Source of the DNA: a virus
UHGV virus genome: UHGV-0105321
Direction: 5' to 3' (one strand)
DNA length: 24,512 nt
Below are positions 8,184 to 16,457 of the stretch, piece by piece (positions within the stretch are counted from its first letter, which is position 1; the number at the start of each line of letters is the position of its first letter). The translations under genes and the position numbers were made by a program. The notes beneath the pieces are model-generated. The model saw only the letters and a list, made by a program, of their open reading frames with translations. It ran no database searches and had not been told where the DNA came from.

Positions 8184-8891
8184 TCACGAACTTTTCAGCC
8201 ACTCCCTTGCCTCGATGTCATCCAGATGGCGAGATTGCTTCAGAATACCAGCTACATACTCCACCTTTGCTACTTGATGATAAGGCAACGTTATAGGCCT
8301 GTGATCCTGGTTAATGCTTGTAAATTGGTATTCTCCATCTCTGTCATAGCCAAGAACCTTAATCATGTTGTGTCCTTCAACGGTTCTGACAAACACCTCA
8401 TCACCCGGGAATACTTTGGTGTTAGGCTCAATGAGTACATATTCTCCTGATTTTATTCTGGGCCACATGCTGTCTCCTTTCACACGAAGACCAAAGGCAT
8501 CTGGATCATCGCTATAAATTTTGAGCCACCCATCGCGCTCTTCGGTCATCTCGATGGCACCATCAACACCAAGAATTGCCTCACCAACCACGCGCACTAA
8601 CCCTTTTTTTAATTTGCCAACAAATGAAAGAGTATCTTCATCATTCGCTCCATTTAACGAAGTGCCGTGCTGAAGCCAAACAACATCAACGTTTAGAAAT
8701 TTCGCAAGCGCATTCATTTTTTCCTGACGCGGTAAAGACTCAGCATTAAACCATTTGCTAACGCCTTTGGACGAAAGAGAAAGGGCACGGGCTATAGCCA
8801 TTCCCCTACCATGTTCATCAAGACCAGCTTCTTTACAGGCTTGCGCTAGCCGCTGGGCGAATTCTTTGCGCACTTTTTCATTCTGAACCAT
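8184..8891 (-). CDS. cI: CI-type prophage repressor: N-terminal HTH plus C-terminal LexA-like S24 self-cleaving domain, 235 aa
   Basis: HTH-like segment GRGMAIARALSLSSKGVSKW; C-terminal GDSMWPRI...GEYVLIEP...GDEVFV...GHNMIKVL typical of the S24 fold; no Shine-Dalgarno before the ATG, as for leaderless lambda cI; divergent from cro. Confidence 0.88.
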   Translation of the reverse strand: MVQNEKVRKEFAQRLAQACKEAGLDEHGRGMAIARALSLSSKGVSKWFNAESLPRQEKMNALAKFLNVDVVWLQHGTSLNGANDEDTLSFVGKLKKGLVRVVGEAILGVDGAIEMTEERDGWLKIYSDDPDAFGLRVKGDSMWPRIKSGEYVLIEPNTKVFPGDEVFVRTVEGHNMIKVLGYDRDGEYQFTSINQDHRPITLPYHQVAKVEYVAGILKQSRHLDDIEAREWLKSS

Positions 8892-8969
8892 GAGTACGAT
8901 ACTAAAGCACTTGCAAAAACTTTCAGTTCAACCATAATACGTACTGAAAGTACGAAAAAGGATATTCCT
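8892..8969. promoter_or_regulatory. OR-type divergent control region: pR candidate (TTGCAA at 8911..8916, 17-nt spacer, ATAATA at 8934..8939) and a perfect 6-3-6 palindrome CGTACTGAAAGTACG (8940..8954)
   Basis: Near-consensus sigma-70 elements at correct spacing upstream of cro; palindrome overlaps the -10/+1 region; related ACTAAAG / CTTTCAGT half-sites further upstream. Confidence 0.6.
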
Positions 8970-9197
8970 ATGCAAAATCTTGATGAGCCGATTAAAGGTG
9001 TCGGCATCCCTGAAGTTGCGAAGGCTTGTGGAGTTAGCGAAAGGGCTGTCTATAAGTGGCTCAAAAACGGCTTCCTCCCTAAGACTGAGTTTTTTGGGAA
9101 AACTAAATACGCATCAAAAATCGAAGAGATTTCTGGTGGCAAATATCAAGCAAGCGAAATGCTTGAAATAAGCAAAAAGAACCTTCTGGCTGCATAA
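8970..9197 (+). CDS. cro: Cro-like HTH regulator, 75 aa
   Basis: Divergent from cI across the operator region; HTH-like VAKACGVSERAVYKWLKNG; AAGGA ribosome-binding site. Confidence 0.75.
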   Translation: MQNLDEPIKGVGIPEVAKACGVSERAVYKWLKNGFLPKTEFFGKTKYASKIEEISGGKYQASEMLEISKKNLLAA

Positions 9198-9204
9198 GTA
9201 ACAC

Positions 9205-9250
9205 CGCTCTTTTCACAATGGACATTCGTCCTACGTCGCTGACAAAGCGA
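9205..9250 (+). promoter_or_regulatory. nutR: boxA-like CGCTCTTTT (9205..9213) and boxB hairpin UCGCU-GACAA-AGCGA (9236..9250)
   Basis: boxA-like element just after the cro stop; boxB stem-loop carries the same GACAA loop as nutL with a different stem. Confidence 0.65.
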
Positions 9251-9335
9251 GTCCCAAGATATCTGACCAACTAAGGCCATATGCGTTTCCACGCATACCT
9301 TTCAACTAGCTATTCACTATTGGAAATCATAAGAA

Positions 9336-9632
9336 ATGACACAAACAAGTTACAGCAAACTATCCCAGCGTGACGTTGATCGCGCAGAAACAGATTTACT
9401 CATCAACCTGTCAGCTCTGACGCAAAGGGGACTGGCAAAGATGATTGGCTGCCATGAATCGAAGGTCAGTCGTACCGACTGGCGATACATCGCGGCGATT
9501 TTATGCGCGTTCCAGATGGCATCTGATATCAGTCCGATCAGCCGGGCTTTCCAGCATGCCATTAACGTTCATGCAAATAAAAAACGTCCGGTTGGGGCCG
9601 GACGTTCTGAGCAAATCCTGATGAATATCTGA
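9336..9632 (+). CDS. cII: CII-like transcriptional activator, 98 aa
   Basis: C-terminal ...NKKRPVGAGRSEQILMNI resembles lambda CII ...NKKRPAATERSEQIQMEF; position after cro and nutR. Confidence 0.85.
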   Translation: MTQTSYSKLSQRDVDRAETDLLINLSALTQRGLAKMIGCHESKVSRTDWRYIAAILCAFQMASDISPISRAFQHAINVHANKKRPVGAGRSEQILMNI

Positions 9633-9697
9633 TATTCAGGCAGGGCATGGAGCAATACACGGGAATAATTCTGCCACATCTGGAAGAATTTCGCCAG

Positions 9698-9765
9698 CAA
9701 CAACACCAACCGCAGCAGCCTGAAGCCGATTGGGTTAACCCGGGAGATACCGGGACCGTCTGCGG
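9698..9765 (+). repeat. Direct-repeat copy 1 (about 68 bp) duplicating an internal segment of the downstream initiator gene
   Basis: CAACAACACCAACCGCAGCAGCCTGAAGCCGATTGGGTTAACCCGGGAGATACCGGGACCGTCTGCGG recurs at 10441..10521 with few substitutions and a 23-nt insertion. Confidence 0.75.
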
Positions 9766-9795
9766 TATGGAGTAAATCTTGTATGCGAGGGGACT

Positions 9796-10872
9796 ATGCG
9801 TAATTACGCAACAATTTCACCTCAGTTCTGGTTAGGCGATACAGGGCGAAAACTAAGGAAGTCTGGTCCGGAATGTATGGTAGTGGCGTTGTATATGATG
9901 ACCTCGCCTCATTCCAATATGCTGGGCCTTTATTACCTGCCTGTTTTGTACATTGCTCACGAAACCGGACTTGCTCCTGAAGGGGCTTCTAAGGGGCTTC
10001 AAATGGCTTGCGAGGCTGGTTTTTGCAGCTATGACCATGATTCTGAGGTTGTATGGGTGCATGAAATGGCAGCATGGCAGGTTGGTGAATCGCTGAAACC
10101 TGGCGATAACCGTTGTGCTGGGGTAAGAAATGAATATTCCGCGTTGCTGGAAAATCCTTTTTTATCATCCTTTTATGATAGATATAAGGATGATTTCCAC
10201 CTGGATGTCAGACGTGAATCATGTCGGAAAATTGAAGCCCCTTCAGAGCCCCTTTCAAGCCAAGAACAGGAACAGGAACAGGAAAGGGATAAAACCCTTC
10301 TGGTCCATGGCGAAAAAATCGCCACGGACCCACAGGGGGATTTTTGTCCTGTTCTGACTGAACGTCCAGGACCAGATGGCACGACACCGGAAGCAGATTC
10401 CGGGCGTTGTGTGCAGCAGGTGCTGATCGTCGAACCGGAGCAACAACGCCAACCGCAGCAGCCTGAAGCCGATTCCGCGATGAGCGGGAAGCCGATTGGG
10501 TTAACCCGGGCGATGCCGGGACCGTCTGCGGGACGAGTTGATTATCCTGACGTGTTCGAACGGGTCTGGCGTGAATATCCGCATCGGGCAGGGTCAAACC
10601 CGAAGAAATCCGCGTTCAATGCCTGGAGGGCCAGATTACGCGAAGGGGTGTCACCGGATGTCGTGCTGGATGGCGTGAGGCGTTACGCAAGATACCTGGA
10701 GGCTACCGGGAAAGCGGGAACTGAATTTGTTCAGCAGGCATCGACGTTTTTTGGCCCGAACAGGAATTTCGAAAATCCGTGGTCGCTGCCGAAGGCTGGC
10801 GCAGTCAGCCTGCGTTGCGTGAATCACATTTCTGAACCGGACACCGAAATTCCGCCGGGTTTCAGGGGGTAA
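9796..10872 (+). CDS. Putative replication initiation protein (O position, not lambda O-like in sequence), 358 aa
   Basis: Located between cII and a DnaC-like loader with good ribosome-binding site; contains QEQEQEQE and short reiterated DNA motifs. Function assigned by position only. Confidence 0.55.
   Translation: MRNYATISPQFWLGDTGRKLRKSGPECMVVALYMMTSPHSNMLGLYYLPVLYIAHETGLAPEGASKGLQMACEAGFCSYDHDSEVVWVHEMAAWQVGESLKPGDNRCAGVRNEYSALLENPFLSSFYDRYKDDFHLDVRRESCRKIEAPSEPLSSQEQEQEQERDKTLLVHGEKIATDPQGDFCPVLTERPGPDGTTPEADSGRCVQQVLIVEPEQQRQPQQPEADSAMSGKPIGLTRAMPGPSAGRVDYPDVFERVWREYPHRAGSNPKKSAFNAWRARLREGVSPDVVLDGVRRYARYLEATGKAGTEFVQQASTFFGPNRNFENPWSLPKAGAVSLRCVNHISEPDTEIPPGFRG
10441..10521 (+). repeat. 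Direct-repeat copy 2, inside the initiator coding sequence
   Basis: Matches 9698..9765; contains an internal GAAGCCGATT duplication. Confidence 0.75.
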
Positions 10873-10878
10873 TCAGCC

Positions 10879-11619
10879 ATGAAAAACATTTCGACAGGAG
10901 GGATTCTTGAACGGGTGCGCCGTCTGGCACCACCGCACGTGGCAGCACCGTTCCGGACGACCGACGAATGGCGGGAATGGCAACTGGCTGAGGGCCGGAA
11001 GCGCAGCGAGGAAGTTAACCGCCAGAATCACCAGACGCGGGTTGAAAAAATCCTGAATCGTTCGGGCATCCAGCCGCTTCACAGGAAGTGCTCATTCGGG
11101 AACTACCGGGTGCAGAACGACGGTCAGCGCCATGCTCTGAGCCAGGCGAAATCCATTGTCGATGAATTAATGACCGGTTATACAAACTTCGTGTTCAGCG
11201 GGAATCCGGGAACCGGAAAAAATCATCTGGCGGCGGCTGTGGGTAATCGTCTGCTGAAGGCCGGTAAATCCGTGATAGTGGTCACCGTGGCGGATGTGAT
11301 GAGCGCGTTACATGCCAGCTATGACGACGGACTGTCAGGGGAAAAATTTTTGCGTGAACTGTGCGAAGTGGACCTCCTGGTTCTTGACGAAATTGGCATC
11401 CAGCGTGAGACGAAAAACGAGCAGGTGGTACTGCACCAGATTGTTGACCGCCGGACGGCATCACTGCGCAGTGTCGGGATGCTGACAAACCTGAATCATG
11501 CCGCAATGAGCACGCTTCTTGGTGAGAGGATTATGGACCGGATGACCATGAACGGTGGTCGTTGGGTGAATTTTAACTGGGAGAGCTGGCGGTCAAACGT
11601 TGGACGTCAGGGTATGTGA
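10879..11619 (+). CDS. DnaC/IstB-like AAA+ helicase loader, 246 aa
   Basis: Walker A GNPGTGKNHLAAA and Walker B LLVLDEIG; follows the initiator gene with a 6-nt gap. Confidence 0.85.
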   Translation: MKNISTGGILERVRRLAPPHVAAPFRTTDEWREWQLAEGRKRSEEVNRQNHQTRVEKILNRSGIQPLHRKCSFGNYRVQNDGQRHALSQAKSIVDELMTGYTNFVFSGNPGTGKNHLAAAVGNRLLKAGKSVIVVTVADVMSALHASYDDGLSGEKFLRELCEVDLLVLDEIGIQRETKNEQVVLHQIVDRRTASLRSVGMLTNLNHAAMSTLLGERIMDRMTMNGGRWVNFNWESWRSNVGRQGM

Positions 11620-11644
11620 GAATTTTTGACGAGGTAAATTTTCG

Positions 11645-11842
11645 ATGGAAACCGTATTGCATGCACTGAAAGCGATGGGAAAAGCCAATTCTGTTGAACT
11701 GGCGGCGCGGCTTGATATCAGCCGTGAAGAAGTTCTCAACGAACTGTGGGAGCTCAAAAAAAATGGCGTTGTTGATAAAACGGGTCACACCTGGTTTCTG
11801 GCTGTCGAAGGTGAAGCCGGGGTACGGAGTATTCCCGTCTGA
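11645..11842 (+). CDS. Small winged-helix-like DNA-binding protein, 65 aa
   Basis: HTH-like segment [35 protein letters not shown] upstream of the ATG. Confidence 0.5.
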   Translation: METVLHALKAMGKANSVELAARLDISREEVLNELWELKKNGVVDKTGHTWFLAVEGEAGVRSIPV

Positions 11843-12074
11843 ACAGGCTCGTAAGGACTGGCAAAATGCCCGCAAAAAACTCTCAAGGGCAAAGTCGAAG
11901 AAACCGGTTGTCGTTGATCCAGACCTTATCCGGGCATTACCAGATGGGGAAATACGGCGCTACGACAGACGCTACAACACAATTTGTCGCGAGTGCCGTA
12001 ACAGCGAAACGATGCAGCGTGTGCTGGCATTCTGGCGAGGGAGTGCAGAGGGATTGATGTTCTCCCCGTCGTGA
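11763..12074 (+). CDS. Hypothetical basic protein (about 103 aa if started at ATG 11763); overlaps the preceding ORF in another frame
   Basis: Long ORF with protein-like composition; start unresolved (ATG 11763 after GGGAG, or GTG 11811); 80-nt out-of-frame overlap with 11645..11842. Confidence 0.35.
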   Translation: MALLIKRVTPGFWLSKVKPGYGVFPSEQARKDWQNARKKLSRAKSKKPVVVDPDLIRALPDGEIRRYDRRYNTICRECRNSETMQRVLAFWRGSAEGLMFSPS

Positions 12075-12106
12075 ATGACGGGGGCTTACGTGTTCAGAAA
12101 AGTGAT

Positions 12107-12781
12107 TCATATAGAGGCTGAATCTGATCTTTTTTGTTCACGTCTGGCTTCCACTATTGCAGGCAGAGTGAAGGCGTAGACTAAAAACATTTCGGTAAAA
12201 CTCAGGATCTGGCTTGCCTCAATTGGTGTGAAAACTTCATCTGTATGAACTGCTTTATTGGCATCAATTCGTACAATATGAGCCCATTCCTTCATCTGTT
12301 CAGTGATCAGGCCTTTTTTGTAAATCATCTGAATACGTTGCGACAGCGATTCTTTTCCTGCTTCATCGCCGAGCAGTTTTTTCGTGGAGATATCGAGGAC
12401 TCTGCGACAAAGAATAACCACTGTGTCGTACCGCCTCCTCTGTAAATCCTCTTTTGCCTCAACAAAAGTACGGTCTGCAACCGGGGGCGTATATTCTGGT
12501 GCGGTAATTTTTTTGACCACAGGATAGATCTTGCGGAAACGGTACTGGCTATTTCCTGAAATCAGAATATCGAGGTCTTTTTTCTGGCTTTCCGCCATGG
12601 GGCCGTGATAGTGGTCTGATGGGATTTCAACAATAGCAACACCTCCTCGATGACAACTTCTGCATACAAAAGCGACGTTAAAAAAAGGTGTTTTTTCAAT
12701 TTGTTTTTCGGCAAATGCCTCAATAACAGCTCGCTCTTTTAAACAGTGCGGGCATGTGATATCAAAGGAGACTAAACCCAT
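12107..12781 (-). CDS. Zinc-ribbon plus DUF4145-like protein, 224 aa, counter-oriented to the flanking rightward operon
   Basis: N-terminal CPHC...CRSCH; C-terminal half has the pattern I associate with DUF4145 (…EWAHIVRIDANKAVH…); GAGGAA ribosome-binding site before ATG 12779..12781. Confidence 0.7.
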   Translation of the reverse strand: MGLVSFDITCPHCLKERAVIEAFAEKQIEKTPFFNVAFVCRSCHRGGVAIVEIPSDHYHGPMAESQKKDLDILISGNSQYRFRKIYPVVKKITAPEYTPPVADRTFVEAKEDLQRRRYDTVVILCRRVLDISTKKLLGDEAGKESLSQRIQMIYKKGLITEQMKEWAHIVRIDANKAVHTDEVFTPIEASQILSFTEMFLVYAFTLPAIVEARREQKRSDSASI

Positions 12782-13025
12782 GGATATTCCTCGCGAAATT
12801 AAAGAAATTAACGAAATCATTGAGGTTACTGATCGCCCCGAGTTTACCCTCATGCGCCGTTATGAAACAGGAACCGACGAGCAAAAATACATCATGGTTG
12901 CAGCATTGGCTGTGATGGCGATAGAAAGGGAGCGAAGGGAAAAGGACGTAATGGTTATTCCTGCGAGAAATGATTCACCGGATTTGAGATGGCAGGAGCC
13001 GGAGTGGGATGTGGTAATCCGGTGA
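12780..13025 (+). CDS. Hypothetical small protein, 81 aa from ATG 12780
   Basis: AAGGAG 9 nt upstream of the ATG; its start codon overlaps the divergent start of the DUF4145-like gene at a CATG. Could be spurious. Confidence 0.3.
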   Translation: MDIPREIKEINEIIEVTDRPEFTLMRRYETGTDEQKYIMVAALAVMAIERERREKDVMVIPARNDSPDLRWQEPEWDVVIR

Positions 13026-13079
13026 TTGATATTTCTCTGGGGTAAAGCGCCGCCAGAATGACGGCGCGGTAGTGGAGAG

Positions 13080-13388
13080 TTAAACGAAGCGGATCTGGAG
13101 TTTTTTCCCTGTAGCACGGGCGAATTTTTTCAGTGTGGCAAATGATGGGCCGCTTGTACCTGATGCAAGATTGCTTTCCATTCTGGTTATCGCAGTCGCT
13201 TTTGTTCCCATACGTTCAGCAACTTCAGCCTGGGTTAAGCCAGCTTCTTTTCGTGCTGCCAGCATTTCATCAAGTAGTGCGAATTCATCGGCGATGGCGT
13301 CGTATTCTGCTTTTACTGCGGGGTTAGACAACATTTTTTCTACCATTTCATCGTGTGTCATGGTAGGTGGGGTACGTTTACCAGTCAT
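13080..13388 (-). CDS. HTH (XRE-like) antitoxin of a HigA/Gp48 type, 102 aa
   Basis: HTH-like LTQAEVAERMGTKATAITRMESN; overlaps the upstream toxin ORF by 11 nt; toxin-then-antitoxin order. Confidence 0.72.
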   Translation of the reverse strand: MTGKRTPPTMTHDEMVEKMLSNPAVKAEYDAIADEFALLDEMLAARKEAGLTQAEVAERMGTKATAITRMESNLASGTSGPSFATLKKFARATGKKLQIRFV

Positions 13389-13707
13389 GCTTAACCTCCT
13401 TCATTCTGGTTTCAGCTTTTCTAAGCTCGGCAGGTGGAGTTTTTTGCGTTTTCTTTACAAAGCTATGCAACATAATGATTCGCTTTCCTTTTAGCGTGCA
13501 GTAAAAAACACGCCCTATGCCTTCCGAGCCCTTAAGGCGGATTTCAAACAAACCGTCGCCAAATGCCTCTGTATGCGGGGAACCAAGATTAGCTCCGTAA
13601 ATACGCATTTTCTCCGTGTACCGAATGTACCGGGCTTGTAAGGTCTCAGGAAGAGAAAGGATCTCAGCTTCAACCTCGTCACTGTAGTATTCGATAATGT
13701 AGTTCAT
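13378..13707 (-). CDS. RelE/HigB-like (Gp49-like) toxin, about 109 aa from ATG 13707
   Basis: Size and sequence character (…FGDGLFEIRLKGSEGIGRVFYCTLKGKRIIMLHSFVKKTQKTPP…) typical of HigB/Gp49-family toxins paired with a downstream HTH; palindrome AACAAATTTGTT in the promoter region. Start codon uncertain (13707 or 13719). Confidence 0.68.
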   Translation of the reverse strand: MNYIIEYYSDEVEAEILSLPETLQARYIRYTEKMRIYGANLGSPHTEAFGDGLFEIRLKGSEGIGRVFYCTLKGKRIIMLHSFVKKTQKTPPAELRKAETRMKEVKHDW

Positions 13708-13839
13708 GAGAGTAAACATAACAAATTTGTTATATACATTCAAGGTATGTTGACGACAACACATATCCGGGATTATATTCTTCGCACGCCAGCAAAATCT
13801 GGCGTCGGGATTAGCACCCCGGATATCGAAACGGTGCAT

Positions 13840-13861
13840 AACCGCGCTGGCGGTTTTTTTA
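13840..13861 (+). terminator. Intrinsic terminator (stem AACCGC/GCGGTT, loop GCTG, then T7); tR2-like
   Basis: Short GC hairpin directly followed by TTTTTTT on the plus strand, upstream of the nin region. Confidence 0.5.
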
Positions 13862-14024
13862 TGCGCTAAGCACAGTCACATTCGCGATTTATGGCGGGCT
13901 GTGTGGGGGAGCCGAAAGGCTCGCCGGATGTTTCGACCGGTAGTGCTAACCCCGCACAGTTCGCCACCACGATGATTAGCACCTGAAGGTGGTGAGGTAA
14001 AAATTATCGAAACGCGAGGTCGTT

Positions 14025-14699
14025 ATGACTGTTCAAATCTCTGTCAAAAACCTTTCCCCTGTTACCTATAACCAGATTCCGGTAATCACAACTGAGTTGC
14101 TTGCCCGCCTTTATGGAACAGAAACAATCCGTATACAGCAGAATCACCATGAAAATAAATCTCGGTTTATTGAGGGAAAGCACTTCTTTAAAGCTGTTGG
14201 TGATGAACTCAGAAATTTGCGACTAGTTTTAAACGAGTCGCAAAATGAGGTGAAAATCTCTCCCAAAACCCGCTCGCTCATCCTCTGGACAGAACGAGGC
14301 GCAGCCCGCCACGCAAAAATGCTAGAAACCGATCAGGCGTGGGAAGTGTTCGAAAAACTGGAAGACTGCTATTTCAGCCAGGGAAAAACAGCACCAACCG
14401 AACAGCAGCCGCAGATTCAGCCACAATTCACAGCCGAAGAAATCATCCTCCTTTGCTACATGCAACTCTGGATGGAAAAAGCCCAGGACCTTAGCAAGCA
14501 GCTGTACCCCATAATGAAAGAGCTGAACTCCTCATACACGAACAAGCTGTATGACATTGCGTTTGAGACCATCTACATGGTGACGAAGAACAGAGACGCG
14601 CTACTAAGGGAGGTAACACGTCTCGACATGTCAAGTTCCGTTATCCAGCGGGCCATGCCAATGCTGAAAAGCCTGCGGGCAAGACAATTTGAATTCTGA
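14025..14699 (+). CDS. Hypothetical nin-region protein, 224 aa, possibly antirepressor-like
   Basis: Well-formed ORF followed by a terminator; the N-terminal region weakly resembles phage regulatory/antirepressor N-terminal domains by eye. Confidence 0.45.
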   Translation: MTVQISVKNLSPVTYNQIPVITTELLARLYGTETIRIQQNHHENKSRFIEGKHFFKAVGDELRNLRLVLNESQNEVKISPKTRSLILWTERGAARHAKMLETDQAWEVFEKLEDCYFSQGKTAPTEQQPQIQPQFTAEEIILLCYMQLWMEKAQDLSKQLYPIMKELNSSYTNKLYDIAFETIYMVTKNRDALLREVTRLDMSSSVIQRAMPMLKSLRARQFEF

Positions 14700-14705
14700 A
14701 ACTAA

Positions 14706-14726
14706 AGGAGCTTCGGCTCCTTTTTT
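14706..14726 (+). terminator. Intrinsic terminator (GGAGC-TTCG-GCTCC followed by TTTTTTGTT)
   Basis: Perfect 5-bp stem, tetraloop, T-run, immediately after the stop at 14699. Confidence 0.6.
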
Positions 14727-14753
14727 GTTGGGAAAATCCAGTGAGAGGGAATA

Positions 14754-15164
14754 ATGAACCAGACTATCTTCCTCCGAAGTAAGCAGCAGCAACAATTCGC
14801 CATTAACGCCATCCTTGCAACAACTCTCGATAAAGACAAACCCGTTACGATCCGTATCACCGATTACAAGCGTAATCTCGCTCAAAATGCAAAATTTCAC
14901 GCGATGGTCGCTGATATATCCCGCCAGGTTAAGTGGTGCGGCAGGTGGCTAAAACCAGAACAGTGGAAAGTTTTGTTAATCAGCGGTCATGCCGTGGCGA
15001 CAAAACAGGAAGCTGATGTTTTGCCAGGTCTTGAAGGTGAATACGTCAATATCCGCGAAAGCAGTGCGCAGATGAGCGTGAAGCGTATGGCAAGCCTGAT
15101 TGAGTACACAACTTCCTGGGCTGTGGATCAGGGTGTCAGATTTACCGACAGGAGGTATGAATGA
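14754..15164 (+). CDS. ninB: NinB-like recombination protein, 136 aa
   Basis: Segment [32 protein letters not shown] resembles lambda NinB as recalled; first gene of a nin-type block. Confidence 0.75.
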   Translation: MNQTIFLRSKQQQQFAINAILATTLDKDKPVTIRITDYKRNLAQNAKFHAMVADISRQVKWCGRWLKPEQWKVLLISGHAVATKQEADVLPGLEGEYVNIRESSAQMSVKRMASLIEYTTSWAVDQGVRFTDRRYE

Positions 15165-15352
15165 GACGACAGCGACGAAGCATCACCGATATCGTCTGTG
15201 AAAACTGCAATTACCTTCCAACCAAACGCTCCCGAAATAAACCCAGGCCAGTCCCCAAAGAATCTGATGTTAAAACCTTCAACTATACGGCTCACCTGTG
15301 GGATATCCGGTGGCTAAGGCGTCGAGCAAGATTTAATTGTCACTCCGGATAG
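15161..15352 (+). CDS. ninE: NinE-like protein, 63 aa
   Basis: N-terminus [11 protein letters not shown]...C.NC.Y matches my memory of NinE-family proteins; start overlaps the ninB stop. Confidence 0.6.
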   Translation: MRRQRRSITDIVCENCNYLPTKRSRNKPRPVPKESDVKTFNYTAHLWDIRWLRRRARFNCHSG

Positions 15353-15372
15353 CCTACTGCATGAGGAATAAG

Positions 15373-15666
15373 ATGATGACAAACCTACGCAAAGAAGCGC
15401 GCGGCAGAGAATGCCAGGTACGGATTTACGGCGTATGCAATGGCAACCCTGAAACTACAGTTCTGGCGCATTACCGAATGGCTGGAATTTGCGGAACGGG
15501 AATGAAGCCTGACGACCTGATCGGTGCATGGGCTTGTAGTGACTGCCACGCGGAGATCGACCGACGCACCCGAATTCTCGACAACAACGACGCCAGACTT
15601 TACCACCTGGAAGGCGTGATCAGGACGCAGGCGATATTGCTGAAGGAGGGGAAGATTAAGTCATGA
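15373..15666 (+). CDS. YbcO-like (DUF1364) putative nuclease, 97 aa
   Basis: …LRKEARGRECQVRIYGVCNGNPETTVLAHYRMAGICGTGMKP…CSDCHAEIDRRT closely resembles the DLP12 YbcO family as recalled; GAGGAA ribosome-binding site. Confidence 0.75.
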   Translation: MMTNLRKEARGRECQVRIYGVCNGNPETTVLAHYRMAGICGTGMKPDDLIGAWACSDCHAEIDRRTRILDNNDARLYHLEGVIRTQAILLKEGKIKS

Positions 15667-16025
15667 ATGAATATGAGTTTGTGCTTCCCTGGCCGCCGAC
15701 GGTGAATACCTACTGGCGAAGACGGGGAAGCCAGTACTACATCAGCGATAAAGGCCAGAAATACCGAAAAGACGTACAGCAAATCATCCGGCAACTCAGA
15801 TTAGACATTTTCACTAAATCACGACTTCGCATCACAATTATTGCTGAACCACCAGATTCCCGCCGTCGCGACCTCGATAACATCCTGAAAGGTTTACTCG
15901 ACTCTCTTATCCACGCCGGATTTGCGGAAGACGACGAGCAATTCGATGACATTCGCGTAATTCGCGGCGTGAAAGTGCCTGGCGGTAGAGTGGGGATAAA
16001 AATCACCGAACTGGAGAACATATGA
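15663..16025 (+). CDS. rusA: RusA-type Holliday junction resolvase, 120 aa
   Basis: …FVLPWPP…NTYWRRR…RRRDLDNILKGLLDSLIHAGF…DD…I resembles RusA; start overlaps the upstream stop (ATGA). Confidence 0.85.
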   Translation: MNEYEFVLPWPPTVNTYWRRRGSQYYISDKGQKYRKDVQQIIRQLRLDIFTKSRLRITIIAEPPDSRRRDLDNILKGLLDSLIHAGFAEDDEQFDDIRVIRGVKVPGGRVGIKITELENI

Positions 16026-16222
16026 ACGCCACAATTCAAACAATACCGGAATTGCTTATCCAGGCACGAGGCAATATGACTGAAGTTTCACGAAAACTGA
16101 ACTGTAATCGTGCTACGGTCAGAAAATATGTCGGTGATAAAGAAGGCAAACGGCACGCCGTCGTCAACGGTGTCCTTATGGTTCATCGTGGATGGGATAA
16201 GGGGAAAGCTACTGATGCGTGA
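16022..16222 (+). CDS. ninH: NinH-like protein, 66 aa
   Basis: …TIPELLIQARGNMTEVSRKLNCNRATVRKYVGDKEGKRHAVVNGVLMVHRGW resembles lambda NinH as recalled. Confidence 0.7.
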   Translation: MNATIQTIPELLIQARGNMTEVSRKLNCNRATVRKYVGDKEGKRHAVVNGVLMVHRGWDKGKATDA

Positions 16223-16457
16223 TATTCAGCAGGTGCCTGAACGCATGGCTTTATTCAGGTCGTCTGGAAAAGCGCATGAGCAGCGTAATAGCGGAGTTCA
16301 TGGCGAAGAGTATATGAACAGATTATTCGAATGCTATATGAGACTGAAGCACGGAGATCGCTATGACCTGACATGTGATGCTGACGGTTTCTACTGCCGT
16401 GAAGTTGTGAAACGAATGTTTGAAGTGTGGTGTCATTGTAAAGGATGGGGGCTGTGA
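16215..16457 (+). CDS. Small Cys/His-rich protein, 80 aa; N-terminus MRDIQQVPER resembles the start of Q82/QuuD-type antiterminators
   Basis: ATG 16215 with purine-rich upstream; only the first 10 residues recall Q-family proteins; stop overlaps the next start (TGATG). Confidence 0.4.
   Translation: MRDIQQVPERMALFRSSGKAHEQRNSGVHGEEYMNRLFECYMRLKHGDRYDLTCDADGFYCREVVKRMFEVWCHCKGWGL

Noticed and set aside
10208-10597. Minus-strand ORFs within the initiator gene (10173..10597) and other internal antisense ORFs such as 11282..11506 and 15385..15606
   Set aside because: Embedded antisense to well-supported genes; no start signals.
12779-12782. Overlapping divergent start codons at a CATG as a regulatory coupling between the DUF4145-like gene and the plus-strand ORF
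   Set aside because: The plus-strand ORF 12780..13025 may be spurious; the overlap could be coincidental, so no regulatory meaning is claimed.
16445-16456. Upstream ATG at 16445 as the start of the Q-position gene
   Set aside because: The ATG at 16457 overlaps the preceding stop (TGATG), indicating translational coupling; the extra four codons are probably not used.
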